A DNA stretch of 64,000 nucleotides from Defluviitaleaceae bacterium (GCA_009780585.1 WQZS01000014.1:227-64226), one strand, 5' to 3'; positions 54,800 to 64,000 are shown, counted from the first letter of the stretch. The notes: a model not told the origin generated them from the letters alone. Numbers and translations are program-made.

Positions 54800-54824
54800 A
54801 ATTTAACGAGCACCCATAAGAAGG

Positions 54825-54855
54825 CCCTTGCGAACGATTCCGCAGGGGTTTTTTT
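54825..54855 (+). terminator. intrinsic terminator after araD
   Basis: CCCTTGCG..CGCAGGGG stem followed by TTTTTTT. Confidence 0.7.
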
Positions 54856-54884
54856 GCGCCCGTAAAAATAATTTATTAAACCTA

Positions 54885-54934
54885 TTGACAATACATGACT
54901 ACTGCATTAGTATTATATCAACTATTGCAATAGT
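54885..54934 (+). promoter_or_regulatory. promoter with two palindromic BlaI/MecI-type operator candidates
   Basis: TTGACA, 17 nt, TAGTAT. O1 is ACTACTGCATTAGT (54898-54911, overlapping the spacer and -10). O2 is ACTATTGCAATAGT (54921-54934, a perfect 14-bp palindrome). Centres are 23 bp apart. Confidence 0.55.
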
Positions 54935-54947
54935 CGGAGGTGCACCT

Positions 54948-55307
54948 ATGGGTATTAAGGTGTTTGATTCGGAATTAAAGGTCATGGAAACTTTGTGGAA
55001 AGAAGGTGATTTAACGGCGGGACAGCTTGCCAAAATCCTAAAGGAGCAAGTCGGTTGGAACCGTAACACCACCTACACCGTTATCGGGAAGCTGGTTGAC
55101 AAGGGCGCGGTGGAACGTTATGGGGAAAACTTTTCCTGCAGGGCGATAATCACGAAGGAACAGGTACAAGCGTATGAAGCTACGGAACTGGTCGGCAAAC
55201 TATTCAACGGTTCCGCGGAATTGTTCCTTTCGGCGTTCATAAACGGCAAGGAACTGCCCGAAGATGAAATAACACGCTTAAAGCAACTTGTTGAAAGATT
55301 AAAATAG
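54948..55307 (+). CDS. BlaI/MecI/CopY-family transcriptional repressor
   Basis: SELKVMETLWKEGDLTAGQLAKIL...NTTYTVIGKLVDKGAV winged-helix pattern, upstream of an M56 sensor gene. Confidence 0.85.
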   Translation: MGIKVFDSELKVMETLWKEGDLTAGQLAKILKEQVGWNRNTTYTVIGKLVDKGAVERYGENFSCRAIITKEQVQAYEATELVGKLFNGSAELFLSAFINGKELPEDEITRLKQLVERLK

Positions 55308-56528
55308 GTGTGCCACATGAACCTTTTGCAAATGAGCGTAACCGCCGGATTGTTAATCATAGCCGTTTTCATCATTCGAGCGGTTGCCTTAAACAAGCTG
55401 CCGAAAAAAATGTTCCTTGTATTATGGGGCGTTGCGGTTCTTCGCTTGTTGGTGCCCGTTTCAATCTCGTTGCCGTTCCATGTCCCGAATGTTTTCGATG
55501 TATTCGCTCTCGCGACGGTCGAACAGCTTGCACTGGAAATCCCGGCCGGCACAAGTGTTACATTTACGGTAATCACGGCAATGCCGGAAGCAATCGGGCA
55601 AACAATCGAAGCAGCACAACCTTATGGCATAGTACCGTCAACCTTCATGCGGGTCGTTTGGATAAGCGGTATGCTTGCGGTGTTCATCCTCTTTGCGGTT
55701 ATTTATTACAAGAACCACAGGGAACTACGCTTCGCGACGCGTATCCGCGGCAATGGTTATTTGGGTGAATGGCTTATAAAGCATAAAACGAAACGCTCCC
55801 TTTCCATATGGCAATCGGACAGGATCACGACGCCGATCGCGGTCGGGATCATCAAACCCCGCATCATTTTGCCCCTGTCCTTAGCCTTGGACGATACGCG
55901 GCTTTTGGATTACGTGCTTGCCCATGAATATTTTCACATCAAACGTTATGACGCGCTTTGGAAGATACTTTTGGCAGTTGCGTTATGCGTCCATTGGTTT
56001 AACCCGTTGGTATGGGGTATGTTCCTATTGGCAAACCGCGATTTGGAACTGTCATGCGACGAAGGGGTGATTAACCGCTTCGGCGCGGAAACAAAAACCG
56101 CCTACGCCTATACGTTAATCGGCTTGGCAGAAAAGCGGAATCAATTTACGCCGCTGTTCAGCGGGTTCAGCAAAAACGCGACCCAAGAAAGAATCATATC
56201 AATCATGAAGACTAAAAAAACCTCACTTACGGGCTTATTGGCGGCATGTTTAACGGTGTTTGCTTTAGTTGTCGGTGCCTTTGCGGTATCGGCCGCCGAC
56301 CATATACCGGAGCCTTCCATGCCGCCCGTTACCGAGTCAAATGTTCTTCCGCTTCCCGAGCTGCCGTGTTTGCAAAATAATTGCTTAACCATACATCCGG
56401 ATTATGAGCGTATCAGAGCGGCTATTGAAAACGGCGAACTCCAACCGCTTGATATTCCGGATTTGCCGGAAGGCGTAAAAGTATTTTCTTACAACGGGGA
56501 AAACATCATAAAAATAACGATAAATTAA
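55308..56528 (+). CDS. BlaR1-like M56 family metallopeptidase / anti-repressor
   Basis: Multi-TM N-terminus and the HEYFHIKRYD (HExxH) motif. GTG 55308 or ATG 55317 start. Confidence 0.8.
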   Translation: MCHMNLLQMSVTAGLLIIAVFIIRAVALNKLPKKMFLVLWGVAVLRLLVPVSISLPFHVPNVFDVFALATVEQLALEIPAGTSVTFTVITAMPEAIGQTIEAAQPYGIVPSTFMRVVWISGMLAVFILFAVIYYKNHRELRFATRIRGNGYLGEWLIKHKTKRSLSIWQSDRITTPIAVGIIKPRIILPLSLALDDTRLLDYVLAHEYFHIKRYDALWKILLAVALCVHWFNPLVWGMFLLANRDLELSCDEGVINRFGAETKTAYAYTLIGLAEKRNQFTPLFSGFSKNATQERIISIMKTKKTSLTGLLAACLTVFALVVGAFAVSAADHIPEPSMPPVTESNVLPLPELPCLQNNCLTIHPDYERIRAAIENGELQPLDIPDLPEGVKVFSYNGENIIKITIN

Positions 56529-56582
56529 TCGCACACCATGAACGGGGGGCGGATAACCCCCCGTTTTAAAAAGGAGAAAAAT

Positions 56583-58007
56583 ATGAAAATAAGAATGGTT
56601 GCTGTACTAACAGTATTGTTTATTTTAATTGTAAACGCTTTCGCTTCCTGCAATGCAAACGATCCCCGCGAACCGGATTCCCACGAACCGGAAGCTAGAA
56701 TCAATCACGTTACCGATGCCGATCCGGTATCAATGCCGCAAGAAACAGCAGGAACCGACCCCATCCATCCGCCCAAAACGGAACCTTTACGGGATAACTT
56801 CTCCAAAATCCGTTTCGGCGAAACGGAGGGTATCCTGTTACTCGACGTTGAATGGTATACCTTTGAGGAATACATCGAGGAAGTGGTGGAATCGCTGCGG
56901 GAAAGGCTCAGCGAAAGTGAAATTCAAAAAATGTACGGTCCCCTCATGGAAAGGATGCGGGCAGGTGAGACATATGCGCCGAAAACGATAAACGGTAGGC
57001 CTGTGGGGGAATTGCGTTTTTCCTTTTTCAGCGCAAGCAAATCGATTAACATGTGGAACTCGTACCCCGGGCAGCAGGCGGACCCCGACGGTTATTTCAT
57101 TTATAACATATATCCGATGGATATATTCGGTTTTAGGGTCGGTTGCGAACGTGAATATGCCTTTTACTTGGACGATATCATCGCGCACTTCCATGGGTTC
57201 CTAATCGAAGGTATGATAAATCAAGAGGACTTTGACATGCTTTCTTCGTTTAAAACGCCGCTTGAATTTATCGTCCGGTGGGGTGGTTGGTTTGATGAAG
57301 CCGATTTAATCAATTACCCGCCGTCCGAGTTTACATTCCCGACGATACCCGAACCGATAACGGGGCAGAACGCGTTTAACATCCTGTTTATCGGCAACAG
57401 TTTTACGTTCTTCGGCGATGTGCCCGGTCAATTGGCTGCTATCGCATTGGCATACGGGATAACGGTCACCTATGATGAAATCACGGCCCCCGGTGCGACG
57501 ATTGCCGAGCTTACGCCGCGCGCGTTGGAAGCGATCAAAAATAACCGATACGATTACGTGGTTATGCAAGACCACAGCAAACGCTTGGTGTACCATAGAA
57601 CGGAATTTATCTCCGATGTGGAGTTGCTAAGCAACGCAGCCGCGGCAACCGGTGCAATCCCCGTGATTTACAACACGCCGTGGGCCGAAATTGGCGGCGT
57701 ACCGGACAGGATCATGCAGGAAGTTATATTGACACCTGTATACCGCATTGCCGCGATATTTAACGGCGCGATCATGGTAAACGCCGCCGATGCGTGGATT
57801 TACGCTTATGACATGCATCCGCATATCAGCCTTTACATCGAAAACGATTATCACGCGAACGACGCGGGTGCGTTCCTTACGGCTTGCGTGTTTGCTTCAA
57901 CGCTGTTCGGCATCCGCGTGGATACGTTTATAGAGGGTAACCGTTATACAGGTGAAGACGCGTTGATCCTCGGGCAAGCGGCGTGGGAGTTCGTAACGGG
58001 TTCCTGA
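56583..58007 (+). CDS. lipoprotein with a C-terminal DUF4886 (SGNH-like) domain
   Basis: Lipobox NAFASC. The FNILFIGNSFTFF...VVMQDHS pattern appears in the C-terminal half. Start moved to ATG 56583. Confidence 0.5.
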   Translation: MKIRMVAVLTVLFILIVNAFASCNANDPREPDSHEPEARINHVTDADPVSMPQETAGTDPIHPPKTEPLRDNFSKIRFGETEGILLLDVEWYTFEEYIEEVVESLRERLSESEIQKMYGPLMERMRAGETYAPKTINGRPVGELRFSFFSASKSINMWNSYPGQQADPDGYFIYNIYPMDIFGFRVGCEREYAFYLDDIIAHFHGFLIEGMINQEDFDMLSSFKTPLEFIVRWGGWFDEADLINYPPSEFTFPTIPEPITGQNAFNILFIGNSFTFFGDVPGQLAAIALAYGITVTYDEITAPGATIAELTPRALEAIKNNRYDYVVMQDHSKRLVYHRTEFISDVELLSNAAAATGAIPVIYNTPWAEIGGVPDRIMQEVILTPVYRIAAIFNGAIMVNAADAWIYAYDMHPHISLYIENDYHANDAGAFLTACVFASTLFGIRVDTFIEGNRYTGEDALILGQAAWEFVTGS

Positions 58008-58025
58008 TTAATTGAGAATGAGTTT

Positions 58026-58063
58026 AAAAGGGTTGTCCTGCTGTAAAAGCAGTCAACCCTTTT
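58026..58063. terminator. bidirectional intrinsic terminator between convergent genes
   Basis: AAAAGGGTTGTCCTGC tgtaaaa GCAGTCAACCCTTTT. Confidence 0.7.
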
Positions 58064-58091
58064 ATAATTTTAATTAAATGTTGATTGGTTG

Positions 58092-59027
58092 TTACCCCTG
58101 CATCGCCTTCGAAACTTCCTCGGCGAAGTTTTCTTCCTTCTTTTCGATGCCTTCGCCTTTTTCGTAGCGCACGAAGCGTACGATGCTGTGCTTGCAATTC
58201 TTATCCTTGCTGATGGATTTGAGGTATTCCGCCACGGTTATGCCGTCTTCGCGGACATATTCCTGCTCCATCAGGCAGATTTCTTTGAAGGTCTTAGCCA
58301 TGCGTCCGGTCGCCATCTTTTCGGCAATGTTGGCGGGTTTGCCTTCGGCGAGGGCTTGCTTGGTGTGGAAGTCGATTTCCTTGGCGATATATTCCGGGTC
58401 CACGCAATTTTGGCACACGTATTGGGGGGACATGGCGGCGATTTGCATACAGATGTTGCGCCCTGCCTCGATGCAGGGACCGCTGCACGCTTCGTCGTCG
58501 CACCCGTTGAAGTCCATTACCAACATGACGGCCACGCGCCCGCCGCCGTGCACGTATTCGATTACCGCGCCGGTCGGGGGTACGTACCGTTCAAAACGGC
58601 GGATGCCGATGTTTTCGCCGATGACGGCGATTTGGTGGGTCAGTACGTCCTTGACGGTTTGCGAAGGATCGCCTATCCATTTTTCTTCAAGTAAGGCATC
58701 GACCGATTCCGCTTCGGAGTGAAGAACCTGTTGGTTCACTTGCTTTACGAAGTTGATAAAACCTTCGTTCTTGGCCACGAAGTCGGTTTCGGAGTTGACC
58801 TCCACGATCGCGCCCCTTTTGCCGTTTTTCGTTACGGCGGCGAGTACGAGCCCTTCAGCGGCTACGCGTCCGGCTTTCTTGGCGGCGGCGGCGAGGCCCT
58901 TCTCCCGCAGGATTTCACCAGCGCGCTTCAAATCGCCTTCGGCCTCCACGAGCGCGTTCTTACAAGCGGACATACCCGCACCGCTGATGTCGCGCAGTTC
59001 CTTTACCATTGCTGCTGTGATTTGCAT
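58092..59027 (-). CDS. tsf: elongation factor Ts
   Basis: ITAAMVKELRDISGAGMSACKNALVEAEGDLKRA N-terminus, downstream of rpsB. Confidence 0.95.
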   Translation of the reverse strand: MQITAAMVKELRDISGAGMSACKNALVEAEGDLKRAGEILREKGLAAAAKKAGRVAAEGLVLAAVTKNGKRGAIVEVNSETDFVAKNEGFINFVKQVNQQVLHSEAESVDALLEEKWIGDPSQTVKDVLTHQIAVIGENIGIRRFERYVPPTGAVIEYVHGGGRVAVMLVMDFNGCDDEACSGPCIEAGRNICMQIAAMSPQYVCQNCVDPEYIAKEIDFHTKQALAEGKPANIAEKMATGRMAKTFKEICLMEQEYVREDGITVAEYLKSISKDKNCKHSIVRFVRYEKGEGIEKKEENFAEEVSKAMQG

Positions 59028-59051
59028 ATGGGTTTCTTCCTCTCGGTTTCT

Positions 59052-59837
59052 TTATTCTTCGATGATTTCTTCGCTTGCGTCGGGTGCTTCGTATTCATCC
59101 GCTTCGTCATCGTATTCCGCGGGGGCTTCGGCTTCGCCGGGGTCTTCGTCCTGTTCGCCTTGGCGGGCTTCCAGCACCGCGTCGGCCAATTTGCCCGCGA
59201 TGAGCTTGACGGCGCGGATGGCGTCGTCGTTGCCGGGGATCACGAAATCCACTTCGTCGGGGTCGCAGTTGGTATCCACGATGCCCACGATGGGGATGCC
59301 CAAATTGCGGGCTTCCTGTATGGCGATGTGCTCCTTGCGCGCGTCAACGATGAAGATAACGTTGGGCAAGCGCTTCATGCCCTTTACGCCGCCGAGGTTC
59401 TTTTGGAGCTTTTCCATTTCGTGTTCGAGCTTGGCGACTTCCTTCTTGGGGAGCATCGCCATGGTGCCGTCGGACTGCATCCGTTCCAGGTCACGCAGGC
59501 GTGCCACGCGGCCCTGCATCGTCTTAAAGTTGGTGAGCATACCGCCCAGCCAGCGTTCGTTGACGTAGAACATGCCGCAACGGATCGCTTCCTCTTTAAT
59601 GGATTCCTGCGCTTGCTTCTTGGTGCCTACGAAGAGCATCTCCCCGCCGTCGGCGATGATCGACGCCACGGCCCTGTATGCCTCGTCCATCTTGCGCACG
59701 GTCTTTTGCAAGTCGATGATGTAAATCCCGTTGCGCTCGGCGTAGATGTATTCCGCCATCTTGGGGTTCCACCGCCGGGTTTGGTGGCCGAAATGCACGC
59801 CCGCTTCCAGCAGTTGCTTCATGGATACGACTGCCAT
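59052..59837 (-). CDS. rpsB: 30S ribosomal protein S2
   Basis: [22 protein letters not shown] signature and an acidic C-terminal tail. Confidence 0.95.
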   Translation of the reverse strand: MAVVSMKQLLEAGVHFGHQTRRWNPKMAEYIYAERNGIYIIDLQKTVRKMDEAYRAVASIIADGGEMLFVGTKKQAQESIKEEAIRCGMFYVNERWLGGMLTNFKTMQGRVARLRDLERMQSDGTMAMLPKKEVAKLEHEMEKLQKNLGGVKGMKRLPNVIFIVDARKEHIAIQEARNLGIPIVGIVDTNCDPDEVDFVIPGNDDAIRAVKLIAGKLADAVLEARQGEQDEDPGEAEAPAEYDDEADEYEAPDASEEIIEE

Positions 59838-59954
59838 ACTTACCTCCTAAGGTTTGTCCTCCACGATCCGTTGTATTCGCACCCTAGCGCGGACCGTGTG
59901 CGTAGTTTTCTACAGCTTGCGCATTATAGCGCAGGGGTTTTTGATGCGCAAGGG

Positions 59955-61094
59955 TTAAGATAGGATTTTATCCTTGATATGTCCGCAGCGTTCCATAACC
60001 GCCGATGCGATGGCGGTTCGGCGTTTATCATCCGCTTCTTCGGACTTGGACAAGATTTCCATGATTTCGTCAAGCAAGCCGACAAGCGTGCCGGAATCGA
60101 ACCACGATAAATCCTCCGCGAGTTTAATCTGTTCGATGTGGCTTGAACGGAAGGGCTTACATTCGACGGGGGAACCGACGCGCCGCGTGTTGTACCAAAG
60201 GGACGTACCGCTGTCGAAAATCGGTGCCGCGCCCAACCATTCCAACGTTTCCGCGTTGCGTATAAAACCGAAATTGTTGTAATGCCTATCCTCGTTGGCA
60301 ATGATGTAATCCAACACAAGCATTTTATCCAACGCCTCACGGATGCCGGGTATACCAAGGGTTTCACAACCGCGCAGCAGGTGTTTAATATTGGAATCTC
60401 GGTTATCTTTTTTATAATGACCGTGGACGCGCCAAGCGGGTACAAGTTCGGTATCGGGTGTTACGAAATTTTCGCATAAGCTATACGGTTTATCGCTGTC
60501 AAAGGTAAGGGTATAAGGTACATGGGGGATATTCAACCGACGCATAACCGCACTTGCGATGACTTCATTGAAAGGTTCCTGTTGGAAAACACCGCTGCCG
60601 CCCTTCATTAAATAACGTTTACCGTCTGCGATTATCCATTTTTTGCGAAGCCAACCGTCCGATGTGTTGTCAGGCGACATGAAGTTGATTTGCTTGGGGT
60701 CATTGGGTTCAAACCCGAACAGGATTTCCCCGATATCCTTTGAAAAGTCATTGGTAAAAAAATTGACGGCCTCCCAACGCAAGCCGCTGTCCTTGGGGCA
60801 TACCCAATAATGATCGGACAAACTTAACCCGCAGCATTTGGTAAGCAACCGCGCGGTATTGTGAATTTCCAACCTTTCAAGTGCTTCCCGTATACCGTCC
60901 CGGCTTGCGGGGATACAACGGCCCGTCCACCAATCGTTAAGTGCTTTACGGTCAATGCTTGTGTTTTGGATTTTTATTCCCAAGGGAAGATGCCGGATGT
61001 CGTGTACAGCTTCTATTTTACTAATCGTGCCTGTCGCCTCGTCTATTTGCATATCCACGACCGGGATATTCTTGTGCATCAGCGTGTATTTCAA
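59955..61094 (-). CDS. HipA-like kinase-fold protein (HipA_C-type), solitary
   Basis: LSLSDHYWV, DGWLRKKWI, and a catalytic-loop-like LDYIIANEDRHYNNFGF followed by APIFDSG. Start placed at TTG 61094 (MKYTLMHKNIPV), 9 nt after GGAAGGAGG; the track GTG 61142 has no RBS. Confidence 0.6.
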   Translation of the reverse strand: MKYTLMHKNIPVVDMQIDEATGTISKIEAVHDIRHLPLGIKIQNTSIDRKALNDWWTGRCIPASRDGIREALERLEIHNTARLLTKCCGLSLSDHYWVCPKDSGLRWEAVNFFTNDFSKDIGEILFGFEPNDPKQINFMSPDNTSDGWLRKKWIIADGKRYLMKGGSGVFQQEPFNEVIASAVMRRLNIPHVPYTLTFDSDKPYSLCENFVTPDTELVPAWRVHGHYKKDNRDSNIKHLLRGCETLGIPGIREALDKMLVLDYIIANEDRHYNNFGFIRNAETLEWLGAAPIFDSGTSLWYNTRRVGSPVECKPFRSSHIEQIKLAEDLSWFDSGTLVGLLDEIMEILSKSEEADDKRRTAIASAVMERCGHIKDKILS

Positions 61095-61229
61095 CAGTTG
61101 CCGCCTCCTTCCCGCACAATGATATGTCAATGGTTGTATCACATATGGGGGTTAAATTCAATGAAACAAACAAAAACCCCATGCGGGAAACTCAAGCATC
61201 ACAAGATGCTCCCGCACAGGGTTTTCACC

Positions 61230-61270
61230 CGCCTCCCGACGTCACTTGGGAGGCGTTCTTATTTATTTTT
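61230..61270 (+). terminator. plus-strand intrinsic-terminator-like hairpin inside the hipA-like leader region (no plus-strand gene upstream)
   Basis: CGCCTCCC gacgtcactt GGGAGGCG followed by TTCTTATTTATTTTT. It is preceded by a second long hairpin, AAAACCCCATGCGGGA..TCCCGCACAGGGTTTT (61173-61225). Confidence 0.45.
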
Positions 61271-61500
61271 GCTCTTTTTCCGTTTTTTGCTATGTCGTAG
61301 AAAAGGTCAGGCGGATATCCATTACATGCATACCTGTGACTCGGCTGCGCAGCCTTTTATGAGTCGGTTGTAAGCCTCGGCGAAGTTGAAAATCGGGAGC
61401 ATAAGCATCAGGGACGATTGTACGCAGAAATCGGGATGACCGTGTGCAGTCAGGGTCGTATGGATGCCGTCCGTCAATAAGATGGCCTCGGCTTAAAGCG

Positions 61501-61528
61501 ATTATACCCAATAGGTGTACCATGTCAA
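61501..61528 (-). promoter_or_regulatory. strong sigma-70-type promoter candidate pointing toward the hipA-like gene
   Basis: Minus strand: TTGACA, 16 nt, TATAAT. This implies a leader of about 400 nt before TTG 61094. Confidence 0.55.
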
Positions 61529-61674
61529 TATGTTTATGTAATGAACGTTTGTTTGTAATATAATTGTAACATTCGCACACCCTTCATCGACCCCTTGCGC
61601 TTGTCTTGCGGGATATGCTATATTACTTGCGCGCATTGCGAAGGCAAGGGTATCGGTGCGCTTGGGGGCGAAAT

Positions 61675-62079
61675 ATGGCACATTATACATGGAGCGCGGA
61701 GCTTGAAATCGGTGAAGCGACTATCGACGCCCAGCATAAATGGCTTGTCGATACGTACAACGCCCTTATGCGCAACTACAATGAAGAACACGGCATCAGC
61801 GAACTGCTCACGGCACTCACCCACCTGTACGATTATACGGAAAAACACTTCAATTATGAAGAATCGGTACAATTGAACATCGGCTTTCCCGATTACGACC
61901 GGCACAAACTCTTGCATGAAAATTTTAAAAAGTCGGCGTTAAACCTCGTCGAAAAGGTGAAAGCGGAAGGCCCCTCCAAGGAATACGCGAAACTATTAAA
62001 CGCAACAATCGGGGCATGGCTGATCAAGCACGTAAAAATGGAAGATTTAAAAATTAAAAATTATATACGGAGAAGATAG
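61675..62079 (+). CDS. bacteriohemerythrin
   Basis: WSAELEIGEATIDAQHKWLV..HF..EE..H..H ligand pattern. Start moved to ATG 61675. Confidence 0.8.
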   Translation: MAHYTWSAELEIGEATIDAQHKWLVDTYNALMRNYNEEHGISELLTALTHLYDYTEKHFNYEESVQLNIGFPDYDRHKLLHENFKKSALNLVEKVKAEGPSKEYAKLLNATIGAWLIKHVKMEDLKIKNYIRRR

Positions 62080-62094
62080 CCAAGAACACAACAC

Positions 62095-62167
62095 GGGGAA
62101 TTGGCGCAGTTGGGAGCGCGCTTGAATGGCATTCAAGAGGTCACGGGTTCGAATCCCGTATTCTCCA
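62095..62167 (+). tRNA. tRNA-Ala (anticodon GGC), no encoded CCA
   Basis: GGGGAAT TG GCGC AGTTGGGA GCGC G CTTGA ATGGCAT TCAAG AGGTC ACGGG TTCGAAT CCCGT ATTCTCC A. The G3:U70 identity pair is present. Confidence 0.92.
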
Positions 62168-62253
62168 CTTTAAAAACATAGCCGTACCATTCATTACGAG
62201 GTTAAACTCGGTAGCGGGTGGTTCGGCTATTTTCGAAGAGTGGTGCATGTGCC

Positions 62254-62811
62254 ATGCGCGTAATCGCGGGTACGGCAAGGCGGACGGTACTGACCGCGCC
62301 TTCGGGCACGGATACGCGCCCCACAAGCGACCGCGCGAAGGAAGGGCTGTTTAACATCATCGGCCCCCTGATCGTCGGCGCGCGGTTTTTGGATTTATTC
62401 AGCGGGAGCGGTGCTATCGGTATCGAAGCGTTGAGCCGCGGCGCAAGTGAAGCCGTATTCGCTGAGCAAGCCAAACCCGCGCTGGAAGCGTTAAGAAAAA
62501 ACCTGGCGTCCGTAAAAATGGAAGCCGCCGGCATAATAATACCGGCGTCCGCGCTTAACGCGATCGGGCAATTGGAACGCGAGGGACGGGAATTCGATAT
62601 CGTTTTTATGGACCCGCCATACGATAAAGGTTTAATTGAAGGGACGATATCGGGCTTGCTTAATTCATCCGTCCTGACAAAAGACGGCCTCGTTATCGCC
62701 GAAACGGAAACGGGCCTCCCCCTCCCCCAAGCGGATGGTTTTACGCTTGAACGGCAGCGGGATTACGGACGCACACGGTTCTTATTTTACCGCAAAGGAG
62801 ACGCGGAATGA
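62254..62811 (+). CDS. rsmD: 16S rRNA (guanine966-N2)-methyltransferase RsmD
   Basis: MRVIAGTARR, LDLFSGSGAIGIEALSRGA and the DPPY motif. rsmD-coaD gene order. Confidence 0.88.
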   Translation: MRVIAGTARRTVLTAPSGTDTRPTSDRAKEGLFNIIGPLIVGARFLDLFSGSGAIGIEALSRGASEAVFAEQAKPALEALRKNLASVKMEAAGIIIPASALNAIGQLEREGREFDIVFMDPPYDKGLIEGTISGLLNSSVLTKDGLVIAETETGLPLPQADGFTLERQRDYGRTRFLFYRKGDAE

Positions 62812-63317
62812 TCCTTTTATACCCCGGCAGCTTCGACCCGGTTACGCTGGGGCATATCGACATCATCCGCCGCGCGGCGGGTTTGTCGGGGCGGTTGATC
62901 GTCGCCGTACTGGACAATCCGCACAAGGTACCCCTGTTTACGGCGGAAGAACGGATGGCGTTCCTTCGGGAAGCCTTGCGCGGCGAAACGGGGATTGAGG
63001 TCGCGGCTTTTTCCGGCTTGCTGGCGGAATACGCCCAAAAACGCGGCGTGACGGCGATCATACGCGGCGTACGCGGCACGGAGGATTTAACAAGCGAAGC
63101 GCAATACGCGTGGCACAACCGCTTATTCGGCGGGACGGAGACCCTGTTCATTCCCTCCGACCCGGCACTTTCACATATTTCCGGCCGCATCGTACGCGAG
63201 GCGGCGGCACATATTTGTCCGAATATTCAGACGGGGTTTGACGATTCCGTCCTGCGGCAACTGGTAACGGACAATGTCCGTACGGCTCTACGGCAAAAAT
63301 TTATCACAAAGGGGTAA
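62808..63317 (+). CDS. coaD: phosphopantetheine adenylyltransferase
   Basis: LYPGSFDPVTLGHIDII (HxGH-type) and SSEAQ/ISGR regions. Confidence 0.92.
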   Translation: MILLYPGSFDPVTLGHIDIIRRAAGLSGRLIVAVLDNPHKVPLFTAEERMAFLREALRGETGIEVAAFSGLLAEYAQKRGVTAIIRGVRGTEDLTSEAQYAWHNRLFGGTETLFIPSDPALSHISGRIVREAAAHICPNIQTGFDDSVLRQLVTDNVRTALRQKFITKG

Positions 63318-63323
63318 TTCCAC

Positions 63324-63824
63324 ATGGATGCATTGCTGTTCTACTTGGCCGAAATGGAAGAAGTATTGGAAACGAGCAAGAAATCGATGATCTTCTCCGA
63401 CAAGGTTTCCGTTGACAAAAATAAGCTGATGGAGATCATCACCGAGCTGCGCTTGAACATGCCCGACGATATCCGCATGGCGCAGCGGCTCTTGGGCGAC
63501 CACGACAAGGTGCTGGACGACGCGCAAAACAAAGCGAAGGTCATCCTGGAAGACGCGGAAATCGAAGCCAAAAAAATGGTGCGGGACGACGAAATCACCC
63601 GCCGCGCCCAAGCCGAAGCGGTCGATATTATCGACGCGGCTAAAAAAGAAGTACGCGACATGCGCATGGGTTCGATGGAATACGCCGACGAAATGCTGGA
63701 GAAAGCCGAATCAAAAATCCGCGAAATCATGAACAATCTGGACAAACAACATAAAACCGTTATGGAATACTTCGCCCAAACCATCGATGTGCTGTACACC
63801 AACCGCCAGCAGCTTAGGGGGTAG
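63324..63824 (+). CDS. hypothetical coiled-coil protein (ATPase subunit-H/b-like heptad region)
   Basis: 166 aa, charged heptad-rich (KAKVILEDAEIEAKKMVRDDE...). Conserved-looking position after coaD. Function unknown. Confidence 0.5.
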   Translation: MDALLFYLAEMEEVLETSKKSMIFSDKVSVDKNKLMEIITELRLNMPDDIRMAQRLLGDHDKVLDDAQNKAKVILEDAEIEAKKMVRDDEITRRAQAEAVDIIDAAKKEVRDMRMGSMEYADEMLEKAESKIREIMNNLDKQHKTVMEYFAQTIDVLYTNRQQLRG

Positions 63825-64000
63825 CGATCCCCCCTTCGCGGAAATTGAGTTAAACGATACCTCCGGCGCACAATCGGTTGCCGCTCCGCTCCCGCAAGCG
63901 CAAACCATCCCTACCCGCGCGTACGACCCTTTACGCGCGCGGTTCCGCGACATGCGTATGATCGCCGACTACGCGCCATACGCCTATCAAAACGACGGCT

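Noticed and set aside
61361-61480. GAAAATCGGGAG and AGAAATCGGGATGA motifs in the hipA-like leader, considered as a possible fourth copy of the long hairpin repeat.
   Set aside because: The two motifs are direct rather than inverted, and none of the other conserved blocks (GCGGCGAACG, CGGAGCCGA, GGGGAAGG arms) is present.
61290-61580. 96-aa minus-strand ORF upstream of the hipA-like gene, considered as a candidate antitoxin.
   Set aside because: Its start lies upstream of the predicted promoter, it has no RBS and no HTH-like pattern, and its composition looks non-coding. I cannot exclude a decayed gene fragment.
63823-64000. Open reading frame running off the right edge (..SDPPFAEIELNDTSGAQSVAAPLPQAQTIPTRAYDPLRARFRDMRMIADYAPYAYQNDG).
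   Set aside because: It has no clear start codon or RBS, no recognisable family, and is truncated by the window. There is not enough evidence to call a feature.

Overview
This is a 64-kb chromosomal segment from a moderately GC-rich, spore-forming, Clostridia-type Firmicute. Taxon clues are ylmC/ymxH, mcsA-mcsB-clpC, Gram-positive lipoboxes and tight ATGA-type gene coupling. All product calls come from motif recognition by eye; no searches were run.

Most of the roughly 60 genes are housekeeping: mcsAB-clpC, rmuC, pth-mfd, zupT, lysA, thrS, uppP, an EF-G paralog, lepB, plsY, asnB, cls, rpmE, an araD sugar module, tsf-rpsB and rsmD-coaD. There are two tRNAs, Tyr-GTA and Ala-GGC. I saw no rRNA, CRISPR array, transposase, integrase or reverse transcriptase.

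Three things stand out.
1. Several small, visibly AT-rich accessory islets interrupt the core genes:
   - 5859-6624: small ORF plus retropepsin-like protease.
   - 23143-24363: LspA-like/LRR fusion.
   - 33145-35128: three-gene operon of an unknown ParB/Srx-like(?) protein, an ePK-like kinase and an HD hydrolase.
   - 47687-49145: QueG-like remnant, brnTA and ridA.
2. A roughly 170-185 bp long-hairpin repeat family has three copies, and every copy sits at a GC-rich/AT-rich boundary. Two inverted copies bracket the kinase/HD operon, and one copy supplies the last codons and stop codon of the plsY fusion gene.
3. A short hairpin element has a conserved 25-nt core and long stems that are unique to each copy. 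It lies in frame inside mfd, the thiamine diphosphokinase gene and lysA (twice). A separate 25-27 nt palindrome also lies inside two CDSs.

The repeat-bracketed three-gene operon and the in-frame intragenic hairpins are my best candidates for something undescribed.
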